This document shows, in pieces, positions 38,897 through 52,779 of a stretch of DNA of 64,000 bases (position 1 is its first letter; each line of letters begins with the position of its first letter). The stretch is from NCBI GenBank assembly GCA_965235115.1, contig OZ249440.1, forward strand, positions 12,090,001 to 12,154,000, read 5' to 3'. The position numbers and the translations under genes were made by a program. This DNA is from Laetmonice hystrix (Eukaryota). Below the pieces are notes generated by a model. The model was not told the origin of the DNA. It made no database searches and worked only from the letters and a program-made list of their open reading frames with translations.

Positions 38897-41800
38897 ATTG
38901 GGCTGATACATCCATTCTCATCCATCAACATCCTAGCCAAGGGTCCCTAGTGTGTAATTTACTTTTATTTTGTTCCACTTCACTGTCTGCTCCCTAGAAA
39001 GGTTGCCATGGTAACAGAGCTAGTGTGACAGCATAGCCACAGCAACATCATCACACTGGTTGGGAGGAAAGGAGGGGAGGGGGGCTGCGCTCATTAGTGA
39101 TGGTGCCAGTGTGGATCACGGTCTCAGATGCGGTGTCAATTGTCGCCCAAACATCAGCTCTCGTTACGGCGTTAGGGGCCCTTCTCTCTCCAAGCAGAGG
39201 GTCGAATATCTGAATGGCAATGACCTGAGAGCCATACGCCACACTCTACTCCACCGGCATATCTACCAGCAACTCCACTCTTCCACAGGCAGTTATCACC
39301 TAACTCAGGGCAGGATAAATATTACATTTCCCGATCAAAGACACGTGAATCAGTGGCAGCGGGTGGCTGGGTGCGTCCTACTTCAGCCCGCAGTCGAGCA
39401 GCTCTCACCCTCTTTCCCCCCGACTGCACATGGCGTGATTTTATGTCAGTGAAATGGACAATTTTCCCATAATCACGCACCAAACATATTTTCTGGGAGC
39501 AGTATCCACCAGGAAAACGTATTGCAGACTCCAACCTACAACTAGGATCACATTTATCACTGTCAATGTCATAATGCAGGTTCTATCTAATACTGAAGGA
39601 AACTCCCACGTACAACCGCACTGGAACACACAAATCTGTACAAATTTTGTTCCACCATGATCTGATAAGGTAACATTGGTTGAGACGTGCACAAGACATC
39701 TACTCCCTGTGGAAATTGCAATCCGGTCCACGTGAAGCATCAGTCACTCTGTTCACCGGCTACAAATATCGCTAATTACGCCTCTGAAAATATTTTTTCC
39801 TAATTAGAGAAATTACACAATTACACAAACATCTGGCACTGAAATATAGTCATACAATTTATTCCTAGATACAGATATCTCTCAACTAAATACATTTTCG
39901 CTGTAGCATCAATGAACTGCTGTCTGTCTTTGCCTTTACAAAATGTAACTCACTGGTGAACCGGGTCCATCAATTGGCAGGACCTCTGTTGTTGCATTTG
40001 AGAGCAACATGAAGAGACCAAGGAGTCGGGAAACATGATCGAGTACAACTGATAATCAAGTGGGCTTTTTTTACCGGGCTACACAGGACTGTTAGTGTTA
40101 GCTCCAAACAGGCTATAGTCAGGACACTGAAGTGGGAGGGGTGCCGCCCTCCGGACTAGCCCCATTCCCACTGCCTGAGGACCTGAGGCTCTCCTACACG
40201 CCCGTCTGCCAGTCACCTTTCTGCCGTCTCCAAGCAACTGTCTCATCTTTAACGATGCAACATTAGCACGACCACTTAATCGTCCATAGCTTCGCAATGA
40301 CATCCTCTGTCCTCGAGGAAATTCTGTGGGAAAATCACGGGTTTCGAATTCCCTGGTTCAGAATTTTTAGCAACCCACAAAAACTTTCCTTCAAGATTAA
40401 AAGAAAAATAGACATGGTCACAACTCACAGAAAAGAAGGTTCTGTGATTATTTTTCAACTGTGAGAAATTTCTATGAAAAGGTCTCCTTCTCAGGGTTTT
40501 TTTCTAAATCGTTGTCCTGCAGCCTGAAACGGGTAGCTGAAGATTTCCATGGGACCAGAATAATTACCTGTTTGTCAGCCTGGACAAGTGAATCAACATT
40601 CCTGCTGTAGACGCCAGTCTGTGTTGACTCAGCGGAGAACAGTGGACAGTTGAACCAACTAATTATTTCCCAAATTTATCCGACGACATAAGATCTGATA
40701 AAACAGTAACGGATCCCAACATGACTGCCAAGTCTCGTGGTTCTTTCATTTCCATGCGGAAAAGTGGAACAAGTTACTTCTCTTTCATTAATGACATGGA
40801 ATGTGTTACCATAACAACGCGAGTGAAGGCCGTCGAGCACCACTATCAGTTATATTACCTTGTGTCCACCATGTAAGTGACTGCAGCATTAACGGTGGCC
40901 TGTTTAATTTCTCATATTTCATTCCAGGCAGCGCCAGAGTCCGAGTGCCTGCTAACCCCTACCTGTATAATGACATGCCGCAGTGCTCGGCTCACTCTCC
41001 ACTGGCATCCACCAAATTGCTCCATTAGGTGTCAATAGTCCCGCCTGCCAATATTGACATGTAATATGTCCAGGAGATAGAGGCGGTTTGCCCTGGCCGG
41101 CAGCCAATGCGATCCTCCCGTCACCCTCCCGGGTGGTATACCCCTCCCATACCCCGGCCTATTCCCGCCACCTGCCGCCGTCCTTACGGAACGAACCAGG
41201 ATGATCGGACCATGGGAGGTCCAGGTCCTCACCCTGGCACCACACCTTCACATGGTACACATTATAATTAAGTTACCGACTGCTACTGGATACAAAACAG
41301 TTACCACCTGCATGGAAACTTTCATCATTCTTACAACACCACCAGAAGTGCGGAGCTACACCTATAGCAGCAGCGCCTGGTGCCCTTCCTTCTCCGTAAC
41401 ACATTGTTCTAATACCGTATACCGTATGAATTATAAAAAAATAGGCCCAGGAGGGAACACCGTCAGGAAAGCTCCCACAACAAACTTGAGTGCCGTTTCA
41501 GTTGTGGCCACATTGTTCGTCCGCCATTCCATTACATCCGGTTTCTTCTTCACAACATTATTTCCCATCTGAGCTGGGGATTCTATGGTTACAAGTTATA
41601 CTGTTTTATCTTGCAGTGAGCCTCACGCTTGTCCTTCAGAACCTTCAATCACTGGCAGGAGATGAGATGTGAGGGCCTGAGGATGAAGCCACAGCTGTGC
41701 TATTCTCTTCACACCCACTTACAATCCACCGTCCAGCTGGCTGGTTAGGTTTAAAGAGGTGACTGCTGCACTTTTCACCCGGCGATCCCAACACCTCATC

Positions 41801-43045
41801 TCGTATTAACCACATCTTAAACTCGGGATCTACTTCAGATATATATAAACGGAAGCATCATGCCTATTCCAACCTACCGTTTCTGCTCACAACCCTGAGG
41901 ATTTCTCCCGCCTAGCTAACTCCCCAGTCATGTCCAATTTTTTGTCTGGAGCGAAAGTAACCTGGCCCCCTGGGTGGTCGAGGCGCACGCGTCTAGAGAT
42001 GTTTTAAACATGCTGCAGGACGGACAACACTGACCCCTCCCCTCTGGCAAGACCTCCACAGCCTTGGCGTCAGCATCCTGCTGCCGAACAGCCCCTTCCA
42101 CTCGGCGGTAATGGAGCCGGAGGTCACTAAGTGCACAGTCACACCTATTGATGCCATCATTACAGATGCCAAAATCAGGTGTTGGGGTCGCCCGGCCTGT
42201 GATTGCGGCCAACAGACGACCTTATCAGGTGGCTAGGTGACCACGTGGTCTGGATTCGGAAGTACTGACAGGCTGAATTGCCAGCGACAGAATTGCTAAG
42301 CACGTCCGAAAGCCATAAAAGACCCCCCCCCCCCCCCTCCGTTAGTAAATGGATGGCGCACGTGGGGCCTGTTTCAGACATCCAGAATATACAGGCACAT
42401 TCTGTACGTACGTCATCCAAGTAACTCAGGGACTGTAATTGACATCAATCAGCCTAGGTATTTCGACAAGAAAGTTCTCCGCGGGAAATATTGGTTGTCT
42501 TTAAATTGGTTACAGCACGTCTGCTGTGCATTACTTGAACATTACTTAAAGAATCAATGCACGATCAATGCTAGTATCGCGGCTCGTGCAGTCGGCATAT
42601 ATCCACTGAGTATCGGTTGGAAGTCTGCAGCTGTTTGAGGACCGATGTCTACAGTGTACGGTATGATCTGACCTGGTTTACAAGGACCTGGTTTACAAGA
42701 AACAGTTCCCTGTCTACTGATCATTGCTTTCCTGACACTGGCTCTCCACTGATAGATCTCTCTTCAAACGTCCCTCCCATTGCACGTTAGCTCTGCAGAA
42801 TGTGCCCGTTTCAGGAAAATGTGAAAACACGTTTTCCCATGGAGTTTTCCACCTTGATGAAACTCACCCCCCCCCCCAACACACACACACCAAAAAACAC
42901 CCAATAACAACGAACTCTGTACACCTGGAGAGAATGTGATTGTTTCACACATTGGCACAGCAAGAGACATCGCGCTTGCTCTCACGGGCAAAGGGACTGT
43001 TCTCACACCAAGACATTATTAATATTTACTGGTAGGGTAATCAAG

Positions 43046-44484
43046 GACAGTGTGATTGGTCTCAGACACAGAGACAGACTTACTGCTCTCACAGACAGAC
43101 AGACCTAGACTAGAGACAGGGTGCTTGGTCTCAGACACAGAGACAGACTTATTGCTCTCACAGACAGACAGACAGACCTAGACTAGAGACAGGGTGCTTG
43201 GTCTCAGACACAGAGACAGACTTATTGCTCTCACAGACAGACAGACAGACCTAGACTAGAGACAGGGTGCTTGGTCTCAGACACAGAGACAGACTTATTG
43301 CTCTCACAGACAGACAGACCTAGACTAGAGACAGGGTGCTTGGTCTCAGACACAGAGACAGACTTACTGCTCTCACAGACAGACAGACCTAGACTAGAGA
43401 CAGGGTGCTTGGTCTCAGACACAGAGACAGACTTATTGCTCTCACAGACAGACAGACCTAGACTAGAGACAGGGTGCTTGGTCTCAGACACAGAGACAGA
43501 CTTACTGCTCTCACAGACAGACAGACCTAGACTAGAGACAGGGTGCTTGGTCTCAGACACAGAGACAGACTTACTGCTCTCACAGACAGACAGACCTAGA
43601 CTAGAGACAGGGTGCTTGGTCTCAGACACAGAGACAGACTTACTGCTCTCACAGACAGACAGACCTAGACTAGAGACAGGGTGCTTGGTCTCAGACACAG
43701 AGACAGACTTATTGCTCTCACAGACAGACAGACCTAGACTAGAGACAGGGTGCTTGGTCTCAGACACAGAGACAGACTTATTGCTCTCACAGACAGACCT
43801 AGACTAGAGACAGGGTGATTGGTCTCAGACACAGAGACAGACTTATTGCTCTCACAGACAGACAGACAGACCTAGACTAGAGACAGGGTGATTGGTCTCA
43901 GACACAGAGACAGACTTATTCATTGCTCTCACAGACAGACAGACAGACCTAGACTAGAGACAGGGTGCTTGGTCTCAGACACAGAGACAGACTTATTCAT
44001 TGCTCTCACAGACAGACAGACCTAGACTAGAGACAGGGTGCTTGGTCTCAGACACAGAGACAGACTTATTGCTCTCACAGACAGACAGACCTAGACTAGA
44101 GACAGGGTGCTTGGTCTCAGACACAGAGACAGACTTACTGCTCTCACAGACAGACAGACCTAGACTAGAGACAGGGTGCTTGGTCTCAGACACAGAGACA
44201 GACTTACTGCTCTCACAGACAGACAGACCTAGACTAGAGACAGGGTGCTTGGTCTCAGACACAGAGACAGACTTATTGCTCTCACAGACAGACAGACCTA
44301 GACTAGAGACAGGGTGCTTGGTCTCAGACACAGAGACAGACTTATTCATTGCTCTCACAGACAGACAGACCTAGACTAGAGACAGGGTGCTTGGTCTCAG
44401 ACACAGAGACAGACTTATTGCTCTCACAGACAGACAGACCTAGACTAGAGACAGGGTGCTTGGTCTCAGACACAGAGACAGACT
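43046..44484. repeat. Satellite/minisatellite, 69-bp unit x~20.5
   Basis: 21 unit starts (ggtctcagac) counted from 43058 to 44462, with unit lengths of 65, 69, 73 or 77 bp. Confidence 0.98.
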
Positions 44485-46866
44485 TTGCAATATGTCTCTC
44501 CGGGTCCCTCAAACACCCCCCCCCCCCCCATATATATTACAAGTTACCCCACTCACAGTCATCGTCGCTCAATGCTGACGGCTGAGCTAATGAAAAGCAA
44601 CACAGGCAAGCTCCCGCGAAGTTTGAACCCAGTCGTAATTATACCCAAGCTCTATAAATCTACCTGTCAACAACTTCTATTGACTCTCTGTTCCGATTTT
44701 GAAACCAAGCCCGCGGTACCTGCTCCCTAACATGCTGTTTAATCACCAACCTCCGAGTTTGCTTCGGGTCGCCGTATAATGATCCGTTTTTCTGTACCGT
44801 GGTAGTGTAACTGTCCCCGCAGAGCTTATTTTCCTCCCCGACCAACTAGCAGTCCACTGGCTTGGCTAAAATTATACGTTTGAATAGAACTTTACCAGGG
44901 CCATTCTAGCCTTCATCAGAAAGGGACCGTGCAGTTGTTAGAGATAGTTCCTTGTGGAATTTGGCATTTTAAGATTATTTTTTAACCCGCCCTCCCAGGA
45001 CCCCCATAATTCAAGGTATCGTCCAAGACTCGATTATTTCCACTATACGTCGCCCTTGCGTCTCTGAGTTTGTTTTCCTACCTGGAGTCTGTCTACTTCA
45101 GCTTATGACTGCTTATTAAAATTATTAATATGGTCTGGAGTGCTAAGTCTATGCGATTGTCCTAAGGAACAATGTTTAAGTGGCGCCTACCCTTCCCTGG
45201 GGTGATCCTTTTCAATAAATACAGGTCCTCCGGGTACACTAAGGTGTTTTCAACACTGTGCCCTGCTAGCCGAATGGCAGCCGTTCATTGGACTCGGAGC
45301 CAGCCAGTCATAAAACCTAGCGCCAGGTAGAACGCACTTCAATCAATTTGTGCTCACTTAACTCTGGAAGTTTTAACCAATTTTAGTAGTCCCCGAATCA
45401 GCCCTATAATATACAGGACGTCCACCCACGATGTCATCAATAACCTGTGGGCCAACAGACTGTAATAACAGTACACTCTACATCCAGCGAGTTGCGTTGG
45501 TACCACATCCCTACTACTAATACAATTCCCCAATTATATACTTATTTTTATATTTAGGCTAACTAGAAAAACTCTCATTGCTCCTATTTTCTGTCAGCTG
45601 TTTCCTCCCTAATGTACTAATACCTAGATCAGTGTTGGCGGGAGACAGCGATTAATACTGACTGTCGACGCGGACAGTGACAGTAGTTCCTGATGGAATG
45701 GACACATTGATAGATCATTGATTGCGTCTGTCAAGATGAAAATGTTTTGTCTTCAAGTATATACCGTCATGGTCATCCCTGGGAATCTCAGCCTTTGGTG
45801 GTGAGTCGCATTCACCTGGTCCTTAAACTGGGCTTCATAAATCTCTGCCACCTGAAGTGTGGCAGAAATTACTGGGCCCCAATGTGGTAAGTTGGCTTCC
45901 TACAGGACATCCTTCACCTGTCGAGACGCCGTGTCGTCGTCACTATGGCAGCGTCTAATACCTCTCATTGACATGTCTTAATCTCTGAAGCCTGAGAAAT
46001 ATCTCATCCATTGAAGTTGATCTCACACTAATGGTACACCGGGACCCACATCCACCTTTACCTTTGAGGCATTAGGTTCTGGGTTCTCCATTTTCTAGCA
46101 ATTCCAAGTTTTTGTTTTACAATAAATATATCCTTTATTTAATTTTGAACAGTCAAATTTACGTCCAGAACAATCAGTTTGTCTCATAGTCTGCCTCACT
46201 GATCCGGCTACCATATAAGGCTTAATCTTGCTAACTTCCACTCCAGCCATGAATGTCGGGGGACATACCTGTCGCGACACTTTGTAAAACATCTTTGTAC
46301 ATGGACTTATCGTAATGAAGTTTTAAATCAGATTTATCGACTCCTATAGATCTGGGATAGCAGTATATGAGCCAGAGCTCGAAACAAAAACATGCAGGGG
46401 TTAATCAACTGATATTAATTATGAAAGTTTTTAATTCAATTAATAAGTCAACCACCAAATTCTCATTCTCGGGCCTAGTATAGGGCCTACCTGATACTGT
46501 GGACCAGGCGACTATTGCACTGCTTCAGTGCAAATAAGTCACCATTAAATGGAACCATATCTGTCCTACATCACCATGGCAACGAACCTTCTCAAACCAG
46601 CAGATATGAGTATAAGGCTAACTACAGAGAAACACTAAATCGTCCTATACTTCAGTTATTGACAACGGATTTCCCGTGAACACTTTGGGTAGTAAACATT
46701 TTCCTCTACCATTTAGAAAGTTAATCACGTATAGGTTATTTCTGGTATCATTCAATGACCGCAGCGCCTTATGATTGTCTAACTGTATTACATAAATGGG
46801 TGCACTTTCTTTATGAACCCGTACACGCACACGCCACTAGGATACGATTACCCCCGGTATAGGGAG

Positions 46867-47139
46867 CAGGGGCGTATCCAGAAATTGGTTAAGGGGGGTT
46901 TCCTATGTTTAGATACTTCAGAGATGGCCTTAGGCCATGCTCCTCCGGGAAATTAAAAAAAAAGACATCAAATAATGCAATCTCAGGACGTCTTGTTTGG
47001 AAATATGAAGGTTTCCTTTGGTTAAAATAATGCACTTTTTATACTCCTGTTTTACAAAAATGTTATTAATATCGTACTTTTTTTCAAGGGGGGGGGGGTG
47101 GTTCCGGAATACTTGGAAACCCCCCTGGATACGTGCCTG
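46867..47139. mobile_element. MITE-like element with CAGGGGCGTATCCAG-type terminal inverted repeats
   Basis: Left end caggggcgtatccag; right end ctggatacgtgcctg (13/15 complementary). Internal poly-G runs, no coding capacity. Confidence 0.65.
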
Positions 47140-50100
47140 CAACTTTCGATACAAATCAAACAGCGAGACTCTGGATTTTTTTCCGGGCACTATTAAAACT
47201 GCTTTCACTTCCTGTACATAATATTATGAACGTTAATGTTGCAGTCGCTAAATGACAGCCATGTTGATGATATACGCCATCCAGAGGCTATATGACCTGT
47301 GCCTATATAAAAACATTAGCATTTAGCATTCCCTTCAGGTTAAACTCCTACGGGCCCAGGAGACATGATAGTTTACATGTCAATCAGTCCCTGTCACTGA
47401 AGTGTATAAATGGTTCACAACTAAGGACTTGAAGTAATTTTTTTATCGTTTAATATGCTCACATCTATTACTGCTCTCATTACTAACTCTACTGGATTAT
47501 GGATAACATCTCTATAGTATAGGCTGACGTCCGATCTTACTTCCCAACAACGACTCTTTCATTTGGCACCATTTTCTTGGCATGAACGGGAGAAAATACC
47601 GAGTCTGTCTGAAAGTGTCCGGTAAGAGCTCAGTGCCACTGCAATGTGTATACACATTCCCGAAGATAAACTCCACCCCTAAAATGACCTTTCAAGCGAG
47701 AACCGAGAAAGACCCTAAAGTCCACAGAGCTGCGCTATGAAAAAGCCCTTCTGAACGACCACCCGCCGGACCAAGGCCCTCAGGGTGGTAGGGGCGGAGC
47801 TAGGCGGGCCCTGCACCCGTACAACTGTTAGACATGGGTGCGTTATTCCAGCCTGACTGATCTCTACGCTGGCACTGGGAGGGCCTGACATTGACATACA
47901 GCGGCAACAGTCACCTGGTGGGCCGGCAAGGAGGCCGAATCGATCAGTGAAGACTCTTACATCATGGCGGTGGAGCAGGGTATGGAGGTGCGCGGGCCGG
48001 GGGGGGGGGGGGCTATCGGCTCCCTCCAGTAGCCTGCCCCTCTCTGGAGTGGTCCATAACCCAGGGGCGGTACAAGTGATTGCTCACGTGCCGAGGGCAG
48101 TGACAGATGTGCCCTTGTGCCGGTCACTGATCTGGTCATTAGAGATTAACAAGCCAATCACGGGTGCCTAATTAACCAGTCAGAGGCTAACTCCTGGCTG
48201 CCCGGCCCGGCAGGAGTTTCCCCTCCAGGTGGCAGGGGACGGCACCGAGATGTAAAACCCATGGAAATGGTCCATTCCCTCGCCAGAGAAACATTCTGTT
48301 TCCGGGTCAGAGGCTACGGGCCGCACCAGGCAGTGTACCACGCCCTCCGGCTAGCTCGTTAGTCTGACCAATGGACCCGGTAACGTCTCCCAACCTGGCC
48401 TATACATCTACTGAAAAAAATCAAGACACAGGAACCTGACCAAAACCTATAGCCAACACATTCTTTCTATACCACAGTCTGGCGAATTTTGGGAGTTTCT
48501 GATTTCCAATCACACATTTTCTGAAGATGTCTCATTCCTCAATGTTAAAACTTCAGATACATCATGCACACATGGTTACTTGCTTGGTATGAAACGCAAT
48601 TTCAGCGTGATACTGCCCTTACTATACTTTACTAAATTTAGTATCTCAAAGCATTGACAAGTGAGCTCTCCAGACTTGACCAGACTTGCAATCTCCAGTG
48701 TGTAGACAGGCAATCACCTTCCCCTAGAAGCAGGACGGCCTCGGCTGGGCTCGAGTCCGTTACTTACAGACGTGGTCTCGACACGTGGAGGACAGGATCT
48801 CGGCAATGTCGTGTCTCTGATCTGACGTCGTAGTGGTCCTAATCTGGACTCGAGGACGAGCCGGTTGTCGTGTGAGTGTTCGCTACCGCCGACTGCCCGG
48901 CCTCTCCCCTCCCCCGGCGGCCGCCTCCAATCCCTGCTCCCTGACCGCCGCATGTCACTACCAGATAGCCAGTAATTGAAATGGCCTTCTCTAACATGGA
49001 GGTGAAATTGGCAGGCAGAGTTCAGCCGTATCAATCTCAGCCAACGCTTCTCACAAAGACTCTGTCCTACCCTGTGCACAGTCCGTTGGGTAACGTGTAC
49101 GAATCGCCTTGGGACATTGACGCAAAAGCCTTGCGCGCTCTTTGCCCTGACCTGGCCCGCCATTGTGGGAAAATAGTGTTCTAGTTGGAACTAGCAGGCT
49201 TCCAGTTCCGTCACCTGCAGATTGGCAGCATATTAGGGCAGCCATATACTGGCCAATCTACTTGGATCTTAACATTAAGAAAGACAGTCTTTCAACATTG
49301 TCAACTTAGTATAGCCGAGTTCATTTAAATAATTCGGACTTCATCTTCACAATTTGCTAACATTTATTGCGGCACATGAGACTGACAGGTTCCATCAACT
49401 TCATAATCAAGAGATTTCACGCCTTATATTTGGGGTCCTGACCGTCTATCACTTGCTTGTTTGAGAAATGAACTGATTTAATTTTCACTCTTATTTAATT
49501 TACTTTTAGAACTTTATTCAATAAAAGCCTCGACAGGCTGCTGTGATATTCTGGTCTAAATGCCTCACATATATCTCCCAGTACTCATTATTAATTAAAC
49601 AATCTTAAGAAAACGTGTTATCTCTGGTATTTTGACATGTCTGAAGATGATATCAATCATGTAATCAGAACTCATCTTGGCAAGCGCTGGATTTCTGAAG
49701 GGTATTACCATGTACATGATGTATTACCTACAATTTCAGAACCCTTGCCTACATAATGGTAAGCAGCATACATAAATTTATACACAGATTTCAGTTTGGA
49801 AGAGGAGCTCAAACCACCTGCCCCGAATGGGTACTAAATGTTATAAATGAAAGACCAGAAGATGAATGTTGGGATCCAGTCACCTAGAGGCTAGAATCAA
49901 CGTATATCCATTACTTACGTGAAATCGCAATTCTGTGACCCCCAGGCACCAAGAGTCACCTGTGGGTATCTCGGGAGGCAGCCGGTGGCTCCCCCTATCC
50001 TACTTTACAACCTCAGCTCAAACTAGTCAAAGCTCAAAGCTTTATGCTCTGACACTATAAATAATGACCCTGAAATGGCCCATTGGCCTCCTTTTTGCCA

Positions 50101-52415
50101 GATTCCGATGTTGCTATGAGGTTGGGCACAATTCTAAGTTCTTTGTCGGCAGTAGAAGTTCTTGGAACAGAATGTCAATCAAACCACTGCCAGCTGCTAG
50201 CGCCCCTCCTAACGTACCCCACTCTACCGGATGGAACCATTATATTGTGGCTAGTGCTTGGAAAATTGTTCAATTGTTATCTCTACTAACACATGGTACT
50301 GGTTGACATTTCATGGTCTCAACGCGTCAACTCTAGAGCCTAAAATCTCATGAACTCATTCACGGATAGTTGTGAACACTTGCACTCTTAAATTCTGTAA
50401 ATGTCCTACCAGGACGGCTCCGTCACTCTAAAACTTTACCTTCAGAATATTTCCATTCTTTTCCCAATTTGTTTTATCAACTAAGTTTTCTGCTGGTAAA
50501 GTTTACCACAACCTTCTGAGCAATGTTGAATATAATACTAACTGGTAAAATAGAATATGACTATCAAATTTTAGGCTTTTCTCTATGAATATTTGGCATG
50601 GTGGGTTATCTTACCCCAGATTTGAATATTGCACATAAAATATTCTAGGCTTGCAAAAGCTATCAGTATGCTCCATGAGAAAATCTACAATACCGGTACA
50701 TGAAAATTCATGCACCTGCTGCCATAAAAAGTGATGTTTATGACTTCCCCCACTACATTGTACCTAATTGTGTCCTCCGGGAAGGTACATCTTTCAGGTC
50801 TGCCTGTAAATGTCATTTGTCATCGAGTATAACAAAATTGCTGCTCAGGTTTACTGCTTCCCCCCCCCCCCTGCTTATCCTCGAAACGTTTCAGCTAATA
50901 TAAACCACTAACACATGTATCTAATTATTCTCCTGGATCAGAATCGTCAATCATGTACACCGATACAGTGGTTTAAAATGCTGTCATTGATACTAGGCCT
51001 ATATTTTTTCTCTGAGACAATAACTAGGCCTACGTTGTGGTTGAAGTCTGAATTATATCAAAACCTCATTAGCCTGATTAGGCTTCATAGATCTACATAC
51101 ATGGGCAGGTCCAGGGGGTAACTCTCCCTGTTTTTAGGTTAAATAGAGGTACTTTTCTTCTTCCTAGTCTTAGTCTAGCAAAATTCCTTTTTAAATCCAT
51201 TTTGTATTTGACCCTTGTTGGACATGACATGACATGACCCCCCCCCCCCCCCCCAACACACATTTTCTTTTCTTTTTTATGCAATCCTTGGTCATTCTCA
51301 ACACTTATCCTCAGCTCATGAATGCCTGGGCATTGACACCAGTCCCATGCTTACCACTGTCCTGTCAAGATCCTTGTTCCCACATCATGACCAACCCATG
51401 CCGCATCATCCCATGCCTGCATGATCAAGTTTTATCAGCGCAGTTTTGCAAGCGGTCGAAACCAGTTCCCTACCAACGCCACGAAATATTGCCTGATCGC
51501 AGGGAAAAATCAATGTGTTCATTTCCCGACGTAGCCTACAAGATCGGGCGGCGATTGTGCCGATGGTAGGGCCCTCATACGTTGCATGAATGGGCCGGCC
51601 CAGTCGAGCTGCGTCGCCTTTGTTATGGTTGGCGGCGACGGTGGTCGGCCTCCCCCCTCTGCCTCACCGTACTCCCGACAACCCAGCTTCCCACCACGGC
51701 AGCCAGCCCAGCATCCGCACCCCAATTTATCCCGCATCCCTTGCTGCCATAGCGACCCAATTCCATCTCATGGAGGGAGTAAAAATGATCGCACCGTTTA
51801 CTGGTACTACCGTTTTCGATGCCATCAAAGTGCCTGTAGCTTGAGGGGGACGCGTACAGTACTCAGTAGATGCCTGACATCACCGACCAAGTGTGAAGAG
51901 ACGCGGCGGCCGCAGAGCTCGCTACAACGGGGTGTCGAGTCTTGCCCGACGCTGCGCGCACCCACCCACAGATCTACACACCCAGCATTCATCCGATTTT
52001 GACAGCGTCCCAACAAAACCACCGAACTGACGCCCACATAGAACCCTAAAGACCTTGTCTCGAAGCCTACTCCATCTGAATGTTTTCCAGCAATCATGAT
52101 ACGATGTGAAACCGTGTTTTACTCACCGTTCGCGTGCGGATATCGACTCCCCTGTTCGCCGACACCTCGCCGATGCTTTCTTGTGTTGTGCACAGCGGCG
52201 TGCGGCCATGCAGGAATCACGGAACGGATCGGTCAGCACCTAACGGAACTTATCTCACTCGTTTCATCAAAGACTCGAACCCCACAGACAACCACAAACC
52301 TACATGTAGGCGTCGGTCTCTTTTCTATATATGAGAACAAAGGCAAATACACAGGGCTATTTTAGGCCTAATTCACTGATTTAAGCCTTACAATACAATG
52401 AAATTAAGCACAATA

Positions 52416-52573
52416 CAGTAGTGTAGGAAGGAAAAAAATATTGGGGGGCAGAAGTGGCGTCACAATGGCTTACGCCTATGCTTTTGCATTGAGCAATGTG
52501 GTCATTTTATAAATATTGGGGGGGGGGGGGGGGGGGCAGCAACCCCCTCTGCCCCCAGCTTCCTACGCCCCTG
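52416..52573. mobile_element. MITE-like element with CAG..GTAGGAAG terminal inverted repeats
   Basis: Left end cagtagtgtaggaag; right end cttcctacgcccctg. Both ends are flanked by CAATA (52411-52415 and 52574-52578). Internal poly-G tracts. Confidence 0.65.
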
Positions 52574-52779
52574 CAATAGCTACACTTTTAGAGGGATTTT
52601 TTTTCACAGAATCATGACATAGGGAACTAGAATAGGCCTTCCATGTTATTATAGAATGGCTCCTTTGCCCTTCAGTGGGGCAACACTTCATAAAGGGTCT
52701 AAATAAGTCTACAAGCAACTTGAATTTAATCTGCATTAAGCCTATTAACACATTGTTCACTATGCTAGCAAAAATCGTA

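Noticed and set aside
3498-44484. Regularly spaced repeats as possible CRISPR arrays
   Set aside because: All are head-to-tail tandem repeats without unique spacers, there are no cas genes, and the context is eukaryotic.
43231-44585. Repetitive ORFs of 78-178 aa on both strands (SDTETDLLLSQTDRPRLETGC repeats)
   Set aside because: They arise because the 69-bp satellite unit is a multiple of 3 and lacks stops in some frames. They break at every 4-nt indel and have no splice or homology support.
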